From Maledivibacter halophilus (lineage in GTDB: Bacteria > Bacillota > Clostridia > Peptostreptococcales > Caminicellaceae), in assembly GCF_900167445.1 (NCBI RefSeq), contig NZ_FUZT01000003.1:215400-247399 (forward strand): a DNA stretch of 32,000 nt, in the 5' to 3' direction. Each line of letters begins with the position of its first letter. The stretch's first letter is position 1. Positions 10,380 to 19,900 of the stretch are shown in pieces. Position numbers and translations under genes: made by a program. The notes below the pieces were generated by a model that had not been told where the DNA came from, did no database searches, and was given only the letters and a program-made list of their open reading frames with translations.

Positions 10380-11435
10380 CTACACCCTCACCACATTATG
10401 TCCTGCAGCCTTCATCAGCCTGTTCATTATAGCTTGTCCTATGTTTCTTTCTTCAAAGGTTTCAGCTAATATAATATCCACACCTTTTTCATCAAACTCC
10501 CTCAACACTTTAAAAAGGTTGGCTGCAACAGTTTCTAAACTGCCTCTTTTGCCAACAGATATTATTGCTCCACCCTTATATTTATCCTTTGTTTCATCTG
10601 TAGCCATTATTCCAACCCTATATCCTTCACTCTCTTTAGCCAATCTTAACTCTTCTATCCCTCTAACCATATTGTCCAATTCTCCGCTTATAAGAATTAC
10701 ATCGGCATTTGGTGAATAATGTGTATATTTCATTCCCGGCGATTTCGGTATAAATTCACCAGCTCCACTATTTTTTACGGCAGGGTCAACTTCTACCTCT
10801 CCAATTACCTTCTCCAGCTCTTCCTTTGTAACTCCACCGGGTCTTAAAATCATGGGAGTATCTACGGTAATGTCTACTACTGTTGACTCCACTCCTACAT
10901 CTACATCGCCACCACATATGATAGCATCTACCCTTCCCTTTAGATCCTTTAACACATGGGTTTCCTTTGTAGTGCTTGGCTTACCTGATATATTAGCACT
11001 TGGTGCAGCAATCGGAACACTGGATAGCTCTATTAAAGCCTTTGCAATTGGATGGGAAGGCATTCTAACAGCCACAGTATCTAAACCTCCTGTAACACTT
11101 TTAGGTACTAAAGAAGATTTCTTAAATATTAAGGTCAAAGGCCCTGGCCAAAATGCGTTAATAAGCTTTTCAGCCTTTTCAGGTAACTCTTTGATAAGCC
11201 TATGAATATCTTCATATCTGGCTATATGTACTATAAGGGGGTTATCGGAAGGTCTCCCCTTGGCCTGAAATATTTTCTTAACGGCATCTTCATCTAAAGC
11301 ATTAGCTCCCAATCCATAAACAGTTTCAGTGGGGAACGCAACAGTTCCACCATTTTTTAATATTTTTGCACTTTTTTCCAGTCTATCAATATCTATATTC
11401 TCTTTATCAATGTAAATTATACTGGTTTTTATCAT
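10380..11435 (-). CDS. tsaC: L-threonylcarbamoyladenylate synthase (Sua5/YwlC type, TsaC domain plus Sua5 C-terminal domain)
   Basis: 351 aa. FPTETVYGLGANAL and KGRPSDNPLIVH motifs, with a long C-terminal Sua5 domain. Confidence 0.93.
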   Translation of the reverse strand: MIKTSIIYIDKENIDIDRLEKSAKILKNGGTVAFPTETVYGLGANALDEDAVKKIFQAKGRPSDNPLIVHIARYEDIHRLIKELPEKAEKLINAFWPGPLTLIFKKSSLVPKSVTGGLDTVAVRMPSHPIAKALIELSSVPIAAPSANISGKPSTTKETHVLKDLKGRVDAIICGGDVDVGVESTVVDITVDTPMILRPGGVTKEELEKVIGEVEVDPAVKNSGAGEFIPKSPGMKYTHYSPNADVILISGELDNMVRGIEELRLAKESEGYRVGIMATDETKDKYKGGAIISVGKRGSLETVAANLFKVLREFDEKGVDIILAETFEERNIGQAIMNRLMKAAGHNVVRV

Positions 11436-11512
11436 TTGTAATCAATCCTTTATTATCCTCTAGCTGAAAGTAAAAATTATTACAACTTATCAAATCCAAA
11501 TTGTTTGTTTCT

Positions 11513-11541
11513 ATTATACATAAAAATTTATATAAAGTTAA
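11513..11541 (-). promoter_or_regulatory. Candidate sigma-A promoter for the sua5-ywlE-rpiB-upp transcription unit
   Basis: Minus strand reads TTAACT, a 17-nt spacer, then TATAAT preceded by TG (extended -10). It lies ~75 nt upstream of the sua5 ATG. Confidence 0.4.
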
Positions 11542-11554
11542 GGGTAAATTGAGC

Positions 11555-12304
11555 CTAATGCCCTTTTGTCATAAACAATCCTACTATAAAACCCAAAATA
11601 AGACCAATAGTAGATGTTCTTCCTCCATATAATTTGCTAGAATTTGGTATAAGCTCTCCACATGTTATATAAAGCATTGTTCCTCCTGCAAAGGATAAAC
11701 AAAACGCTATAAAAGCTCCTGAAATTTCTCCTAATACTGCTCCTATAAAAGCTCCTATTCCCATAGGCAGTCCCACTAAAAAAGTAGATAATATTGACTT
11801 AAGCCTTGACATTCCTCCTACCCTCATTGGTGCAGCCATAGACATGCCCTCTGGTATATTATGTAACGCTATAACAATAGATATTCCTATTCCAAGCTCT
11901 TTTGTTGCCATAAATCCAGAACCGATTGCCAAGCCTTCGGGAAAATTATGCAATGCCACTCCTAGGCCTATTAATCTTCCCATTTTTAGCAAATTTGTAT
12001 TACTGCTAATCTTGGCTGATCTTCGACTACGAACCAGTTCATCAATGAATATTGTAATTATGACACCTATAATTATTCCTGCCAGCCCTATTAAAAATTT
12101 AGCCCTTTCAAAAGCCTCCGGCAAAAGGTCAAAACAAACTATAGTGAGCATTATCCCTGCTGAAAATCCAAGAATAAGGCTGAGAATCCTGTTGCCCGGC
12201 TTTCCAAGGCTCAGGGCCAACATTCCTCCCAGTCCCGTGCCAATAACTCCAACCAGAAAGCCTGTAAGTGTTATGTGTACAATATTATCCATTAATCCCC
12301 ACAT
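11555..12304 (-). CDS. zupT: ZIP-family divalent metal (zinc) transporter
   Basis: 249 aa polytopic protein with the duplicated HNFPEG / HNIPEG ZIP signature. The start could instead be the ATG 12 nt downstream. Confidence 0.85.
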   Translation of the reverse strand: MWGLMDNIVHITLTGFLVGVIGTGLGGMLALSLGKPGNRILSLILGFSAGIMLTIVCFDLLPEAFERAKFLIGLAGIIIGVIITIFIDELVRSRRSAKISSNTNLLKMGRLIGLGVALHNFPEGLAIGSGFMATKELGIGISIVIALHNIPEGMSMAAPMRVGGMSRLKSILSTFLVGLPMGIGAFIGAVLGEISGAFIAFCLSFAGGTMLYITCGELIPNSSKLYGGRTSTIGLILGFIVGLFMTKGH

Positions 12305-12375
12305 CCCATATATTAGTTTATTATGCTATCTAATTTATATGAACAAAGGGTGGGATGTATGCTAAGGATGGATAC

Positions 12376-12428
12376 AAGGGGACGGTTCTTCTATACCACT
12401 AAAAATGCCATAGAAGAACCGTCCCCTT
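12376..12428. repeat. GC-rich perfect 19-bp palindromic hairpin immediately after the antiporter gene; related to the element at 20124-20189
   Basis: AAGGGGACGGTTCTTCTAT-(15 nt)-ATAGAAGAACCGTCCCCTT. No U-run on either strand. Shares GGGGA(A)CGGTTCT, ACCAC(T)AAAAAT and CGTCCCC with the prfA terminator element. Confidence 0.7.
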
Positions 12429-12449
12429 ATATCTTCACCTTTTATATTC

Positions 12450-13586
12450 TTATCTTGCAAAACTCCATTTAAGCAGTGATGGTGTTATTAAGGTCGTTAT
12501 TAATACCATCATTATTACCGCTGCCAACTGCTGTCCATTTATTATATCTATAGCCACACCAAGATTTGCTATAATTATAGCCACCTCAGCTCTTGGAATC
12601 ATGCCAATACCTATTTGTAATGCTTTAGTTCCATCAAATCCCGATATTCTAGCTCCAAATCCACAACCTATAATCTTACCTAAAGCCCCTAATATAACAA
12701 GTATAATTCCGATACCAAAGGCACTTATGGCAGATTTAAGGTCAACACCAAGACCTATAGCAACAAAAAATATAGGTGTAAAAATCAAATATGATATTTT
12801 ATGAATTTCATGGGAAATTCTATGTCTATGGCTAGTCATTGAAAAAACTACTCCCGCAAAATAAGCTCCTGTTATAGCAGCCACACCTAGTTCTTCTGAT
12901 AAATATGCCAGGATAAAACAAAATATTATAGCATATCCTACTATAGTATCTTCTATATTTATTTTGCTAGAGATTTTTGACAACAGCTTAATGAGTAGGT
13001 ATCCTATTATAAATGTTATAACAAAAAATATTCCGATTTTAGCTACAACTACAAAAAGACTACTATTTGCTCCAGGCTTTACCAGTCCTATAATTACTGT
13101 TAATAGAATAATACCAACAACATCATCTATGATTGCTGCCCCCAATATACCTATACCCTGTTTACTTCTCATTTGATCTATTTCTCTTAGGGTTTGTACT
13201 GATATACTTACACTTGTTGCGGTAGATATTACTCCCATAAATAAACTAGCTAATAAATTGTCTGTAATAAAATAAATACCTGTAGATACCAACAGAAATG
13301 GAGTTATAACTCCTCCCAAGGCTATTAGGGATGAAGATTTTCCAGAAGCCTTTAGCTCATTTACATCAGTTTCAAGCCCTGCAAGAAACATCAAAAAGAT
13401 TACTCCAATTTCTGCAAGATGACTTATGGTCTCAGTTTTTTCTATTATTCCCATTCCTAAAATAAGCCCTGCTAAAATTTGTCCCAAAACGGCTGGCTGC
13501 TTAAACTTTTTGCTTATAATGCCTCCTATATTTGCTGCTAAAAGTATTACTCCTATATGAAGTAAAAAAGCTAATTTGGATTCCAT
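12450..13586 (-). CDS. Cation:proton antiporter (CPA2 / Na+-H+ exchanger family, no C-terminal regulatory domain)
   Basis: 378 aa with ~12 TM segments and typical Kef/NapA-like composition. The track TTG start at 13604 was trimmed to ATG at 13586, which has AAGGGAG 8 nt upstream. Confidence 0.85.
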   Translation of the reverse strand: MESKLAFLLHIGVILLAANIGGIISKKFKQPAVLGQILAGLILGMGIIEKTETISHLAEIGVIFLMFLAGLETDVNELKASGKSSSLIALGGVITPFLLVSTGIYFITDNLLASLFMGVISTATSVSISVQTLREIDQMRSKQGIGILGAAIIDDVVGIILLTVIIGLVKPGANSSLFVVVAKIGIFFVITFIIGYLLIKLLSKISSKINIEDTIVGYAIIFCFILAYLSEELGVAAITGAYFAGVVFSMTSHRHRISHEIHKISYLIFTPIFFVAIGLGVDLKSAISAFGIGIILVILGALGKIIGCGFGARISGFDGTKALQIGIGMIPRAEVAIIIANLGVAIDIINGQQLAAVIMMVLITTLITPSLLKWSFAR

Positions 13587-13698
13587 CTTAAAAACTCCCT
13601 TCAATTAATTTTAATTAATTAGAAAGGAGCATTTATGTTTTACATTCATCGCACTTAAGCATTTTCACACCTTCTTTTTAGTCAAGGTTCATTTTCTT

Positions 13699-13727
13699 AG
13701 TATACTCCTATTAAATAATTTTTTCAA
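13699..13727 (-). promoter_or_regulatory. Candidate sigma-A promoter for the antiporter gene
   Basis: Minus strand reads TTGAAA, a 17-nt spacer, then TATACT. It lies ~105 nt upstream of the ATG at 13586. Confidence 0.4.
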
Positions 13728-13912
13728 TAAATTTCACAAAAATTTAAAGTGTTTTTCTAATTTATAATAGTATACCAGTGTCCAGGGATACTAATACATT
13801 TATACTTGTATTTTATAACTTTAATCTTAGAATTTTTTTAAGCAAACGAGACAATTCTCCTCTATTTTAAAAGTCCTCGTATTTATGCCAGAAGGTGATT
13901 TTCCTTATATAA

Positions 13913-13946
13913 AAGCTGCGCTAAAGATTCAACTTCAACGCAGCTT
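13913..13946 (-). terminator. Terminator hairpin downstream of the giant SLH gene
   Basis: AAGCTGCG-(18 nt)-CGCAGCTT. On the minus strand it is followed by TTTATATAAGG. It begins 9 nt after the stop codon. Confidence 0.5.
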
Positions 13947-13954
13947 ATCTATCC

Positions 13955-16900
13955 CTATATCAATCCAGATTTTTGCAATAATCTTCTTATAATCACTGCC
14001 ACCTCAGCTCGGGTAATCTTATCCTTAGGAGCAAGAATACTTATACTTTTTCCCGATAGGATGCCTTGATTTACACAGGTATTAATACTGCTTTTTGCCC
14101 ATGGTGCAGATTGTGCAAAATCAGCATATCCTTCCAACTGGGTAAATTCATCTTTTTGTGATTTTCCTTTGAGCCCAGTGATATTCATTGCTCTGGTCAC
14201 CATGGCCATGGCTTCTTCACGGGTAATAAAGTCCAGTGGCTTGAATCTGCTATTCTCATAACCGTTAATGATATCATACCCATAAGCAGTCTTAATATAA
14301 TCACAATACCAAGAATCTTCTGATACATCTATAAATGGATTAGTTCCTATTCCTGGTTTTAGCCCTAACCCTCTTACCATAATGGCAACAAATTCAGCCC
14401 GGGTAATACTACGATCAGGCTCAAACCGATTGTTTCCCACACCGCCAACAATCATTCTCGAACCCATATCGTTAATAGCCTCCTGAGCCCAGTGGGCTTT
14501 AACATCCTTGAATTTTTGTGGATGATAGATGAGTACATAAGTACTGTCTGTAAAGCTGTTGATTTGAGCATAATATTTGCCATCAGCTTTAATTACTTTA
14601 GTCGGTACATGTCTCACACTGCCATTAGGTTCAACAATTACACCAGTGGTGATCCTATCAATATCTAAGTCTTTTGGAATAGTTATGCTTCTTTTGACAT
14701 AATCGCTATAATTACTAACTTTTATTGTTTTTTTATTATGGCTGCATTGAACTATGAAATCAACTGGAGAAGCAGCAATTGTAAAATCATTACCTTTAGC
14801 TGCCTTTTCTACTGTATTTAACGTATCTCCCTGGAGCTTAGCTATGCTTATTTCTACATCAATATCTTTTAACTTTACATTTTTGCCCAATTGATTGGCC
14901 GCAGTCTCCATATCAATTTGCGCTGCAGGCAGTGTATAAGCCCCATATTCAGTTTTAACTTCAATAACCGCCTGCTCCTTGGCCATATCGTCTAACAACT
15001 CACCATTGAGGATTGCTGTAGAGCAATCGGCTGTTTTATTAAATAAAATGGCGACAACTGTATGCTGTCCTTCTTTTTTAAGTTTTTTCTCTAGCTTTTG
15101 TTTATCAATGGTAATCTTTTGTATTCTCTTCCCATTGTCCCTATCGGTTGTTAGTATACCTGCTTTTTCCTTTTCACCATTTACATAAATTGTCACATAG
15201 TCATCTTTACTTAAACCCCTGCTGCTGTGGCTGGAATGATGATCATCATCACTACTGTCTTCTTCATAAAAGTTTAACAGCTGGAAGCAGCTGAATTTAT
15301 GGATAATAAATTCCATGGCTACCGGCTCGTCATTTTCATACTGAAACATACCACTTAGCAATTCGGTGGTGCCGTCGCTATGTTCAATAAAGATATGCAT
15401 GGAATCCAAAAATTCTTGTTGATCTTTATCTGGTATGTCAATTCCCCTTAAGGGAATTGATACTCTGGTACTGGAGCCCCTAAAGTTTGTTTCAATTCTT
15501 CTGGGAATGCTCAGGACATTTATTGGCCTACCATCTGCAGCTTTTACAACTGTCATATTTGTAGCAATGTTGTTTTTAACCTCATCTTGTTCTTCTTTAT
15601 CTTTTACAGATACCATTCTAAAGAAAAGATCACTACCCCTTTCAGCCACATCTTGTAGTTCCTGGTAATCAATATTAACTGAGCCTTCATTTGTTTGAAT
15701 GTGGAGTCCAGAATTTTTGTCTGCCATAGCTTCTAAGAATGCAGCTGGCACTTCCACTACCTGTTCGTCTGCCGGTTCTGTTTCTGACTGTGGTATTTCT
15801 ATCATAATTGTCCGCTGTTTTTCATCGGCTTTATCTGGATTAATCCCATCGATTAAATGTGCAAGTTTGTCTTGATTCAAGATTACGGTGTCAATTTTAC
15901 TGCCGTTATTGAGGTTAGTTCTTAAGATTCCAACATTGTCTTTATTCTCCGTACCTTCCTGGCCCACTTGCACATTGGCTTCTCTAGATGTAGTTTGTCG
16001 CATATCACTATCATCAATGCTCACCGCCTCATTTCTTACCACGAGGAGGAATGTTTTAGTGATTGTATACTCACCGAGGCTGATCTCGGCGGTCAAAATA
16101 GCCTTAGCATCTGCTGTTTTCGGACGAATAACGCTTCCTACAGTTTCACCATTTTGCTTTGTAATCTGTATAATACCTGAGTTATTAGATGTCCAATTGA
16201 TGGTAGTTCCATACAACCCTTCATCCAATAATGTAAATGAAGATGTAACACATTCCCAGTTGTCTCCGTGTTCAAAGGTAAAGGCTTTGGCTATACTCAG
16301 ATCACGTGCAGCGTCCTGTATGCTATCTTTGGCTGTCTTTTTAAGAAGTCTTACAGTAAATATTTTGGTTTTTTGTGCTCCGCTTATCTCATGGGTGATG
16401 GTGGCAGTTAGTGTTACTGTAAGGTCTGCCTCATCGGCTGTAGGCCGCGTTACTCTACCTGTAGTTGTAATGCCCTCATCACTAGATGTCCAATTAATAA
16501 TGGTATGTCCTGATTTACCTACTTTTGGCAGATACAGATTTCTTGTTACATGCTTAGCATGATCTCCCGAGGCATATCCAATAGCTAGGGCTTCATAGTC
16601 TTCACGCAGATCCAATTCCGGGGATTTTGGTTTAACTATTACTTTCACCCTTGCCCTATGCTCATCTGTATTAGCAATTCCTTCGAGCAAGACCAATGTG
16701 CCTTCAAATTCATAAGTATCCCCTTTATTGGCATCATATTCCGGTGTTCCTTTATCCCAGTTAACAGCTAGATTCTGCCTTGTCTCGTCTGCTAATGTTA
16801 CCTGAACTGCTGCTGGCAGGCCAATATCCTTTAATGCTGTGCCATAGGGTACATCCACATTTTCTATTGCTTCGATATCTATAATTTCCTGAGCCTGTGC

Positions 16901-19900
16901 ACCTTTTTCTAGCACTGTGACACTGATCTTTGCTTTATGTTCAGCTGTGTTGCTGATATATTCTTCTAAAACCAGGCTTCCTGTGAATTGATAAACACCT
17001 GGTGTATCACTATGGTAAGTGGAGCTTTCCATATCCCAATTCACACTCAGGTTTGTGACCGAATAATCATCCAAAGTAACTTGAACCCTTTTGGGCAGCT
17101 TGAGTTCATCAAGTGGTGTGCCATAAGGAACGTTAATATCTGCTGTTGCTTTTACATCTGTAATTTCTTTGTTAACCGGTATTGATTCAGATACGGTTAC
17201 AGCAATGGTTTTGTTTTTTGCAGTTCCATGGACTTTATTGATGTTAACAACTACATTATCGGTTATTTCTTCTTCTGTATATGTAATATCTCCATTATTA
17301 TCCACATTGTAATTTGCCGATTCTAAGCTCAAGGTAACACCGGTTGCACCCATGCCAGGGATATCATTTAAGTATGTCAACAAATTAGCATGGGTTCCTT
17401 CGATGGCTGTAAAGCTTGAGGGTAATAATCCTCTGGCTTTAGTGATGGCTGCATTGGCTAACTCTTCGGGAGTTGGTTTAGGGGGAGGAGTTTGCTTTTT
17501 TAAAACAATTACCTTTACAGCTGCTTTATGATTATTTGTATTGACAATTCCTTCTTCTAATAAGATTAGTGTTCCTGTGAAAATATAATCTCCTGGATTA
17601 TTGCCCTTATATTCCGGTTGTCCACCATCCCAGTTTACAGCCAAGCTTGTAATGGAACTATTTTCCAAGGTAACTTTAACGGTTATCGGTAACTCTATTT
17701 CATTAAGTTCAGTGCCATAATTCACTTTGATGTCTGCTATATTTTTCACAGAGCTTATGGGAAGCGGTTCTGTACCTGCCGAAGGAACCCCACTGCCATC
17801 ACCTATCTCTACCAAAACTGGATAACCACTGTTTTTGTCATCATCTTTGCCCCATTTTGCCAGTGTAATACCACTAGGTATCCCTGTAATGTCACTTAAA
17901 TTTTTATTGAGACTTTGGGCAAAATAATATGTTTGCATCTCAGATGCTTCCATTCCAAAAATATTATCGTAGTAGTATCCGCCGCTACCGATACCTTTCT
18001 CAGCTGCACCTATTCTCCAATATCCATTTGTTAATATACTCCCATCATATAAATCTCCTACTAAACCTCCAACATAAGTTCCAGCTCCACCTTCTATATT
18101 TCCTGCAGCATAACTGTTCGCTATTGTTCCAAACAGATTAAACCCTACCAGACCTCCAACAGCATGATCCTCACCTTCTACATTTCCCATAGCATAACTA
18201 TTGGCTATTGTACCACTCTCATTAAACCCCACCAGACCTCCAACAGCATAATCCCCTTCTACATTTCCCGTAGCATAACTGTTGGCTATTGTATCAAATT
18301 TATTAACCCCTACCAGACCTCCAGCAGCATAATCCCCTTCTACATCTCCTGCAGCATAACTGTTCTCTATTGTACCAGCATTAAATCCTACCAGACCACC
18401 AATACTATTCTCTCCTTCTACATTTCCTGTAGCATAACTGTTCTTTATTGTACTATCCAGATTAACCCCTATCAAACCTCCAGCATCAGCATTTGCTTTC
18501 GCTGAATATATGGCACAATTTTCAACACCAACATTCTGTATTGCTGCTTTCTCGGCATATCCAAACAAACCAACATATCGAAAAGTTGTATCTTTATCTT
18601 CCTTCGTACCGATTTTTACATTAAAGATGATATTGCCTTTTCCGTCAAAAACTCCCCTGAATATCTTCCTATAATAGGAATTTTCAGAAGTTCCAATTGG
18701 TGTCCAGTAATACTCTGCCAGATCAATGTCATCAGCAAGCTCTACTGTTTTATCTTTAAAACTGTTTCCCTGATTGTTCACCTGATCGGCAACCCAGGCT
18801 AAGCCTAGTGCTGTATTGATTATATAAGTATCATCATTTACACTGTAGTCAGTATCCTCTTTCGCATTTCCAGCCACATCAGCCCAGTTGGTAATCTCCC
18901 CAGCTGCTATATCATCTGATGTGAGCTGATCTTGATAGAATTTGACCACATTATCATTTTCATCCACATCATAAACCTGCAAATATTTATCTGGGTCTAT
19001 ACCTTCCGTAATATCATCTCCAGATATGTAGTCATCTATTAAGTTATCTCCACTTGTAGGCCCTTCATCTCCAACCTTAGGGGTCGCCACGGAATCTGAG
19101 GTGATATTAACTACAAACTTCGCAGTGGCATCTCCTGTAACCGATGCTTTGGTTGAACCGACTTCCATTCCAGGCGATACATCAACATCCAATGCTGGAG
19201 CTTCTGTGGTCTCTTTTTCTATAGTCACATTGCTTGTATCTTCTGTTGTTGTCTTATTTCCTGCATTATCAACTGCAGTTACAGAAACATTTTTATTTGT
19301 TCCTTCTGTTACTCCTGAATCTATTGTATAGGCTGCTGTCCATATACTACTGCTTTCCGATGCTTCTACTGCATCTCCACCACCAAATTCACTGAAATCC
19401 ACTGTGACACTGCTTATGTCACTATTGTTATCTCCAGATTCTGTATCGTCCCATTCTGCGGTTACGGTGTCTCCTACTTTAAAAACACTGTCCCTTCCCG
19501 CTGCTCCACTTAGGGATATATATTCATCTGTTACTATTGGATTTATCCTGTCTACAACCAATTTTCCAGCATAATCCATTGCAGCTGTTCCGCCATTACC
19601 ATCATCTGCTGTAAACGTTACATCCTCATATGTACCTTCTGCAATATTTAAATCATCTATATCCCAGGTTAATGTCCACTTTTCACTTCCACCTTCTACT
19701 GTATCAGTTGCCTCATTTCCATCAATAGTAGCTGATACAGTCACGTCATTATCTGCATCTGAAATTGTACCAGAAATAGAAATATCCTCATTATTTCCAT
19801 AAGTTAAATTGATATCATGATTTGTAATAGAAATAGAAAGTGCACTACCTCCACTGATACCACTCCCCACTTTTGCTTCGTCAGCACTTACCGTCAGCGT

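Noticed and set aside
12305-12375. Looked for a Zur-box-like palindrome upstream of the ZIP transporter.
   Set aside because: I found only a weak TTGTTC-17-TAATAA promoter-like sequence and a 4-bp TTAG...CTAA symmetry. Nothing resembles the Bacillus-type Zur operator (TCGTAATnATTACGA) as I recall it.
18020-18500. Regular ~80-nt tandem repeats that could superficially suggest a CRISPR-like or satellite array.
   Set aside because: The repeats are in frame within the 2004-aa ORF and encode the GLUG motif units. There are no unique spacers, and the period varies in multiples of 3.
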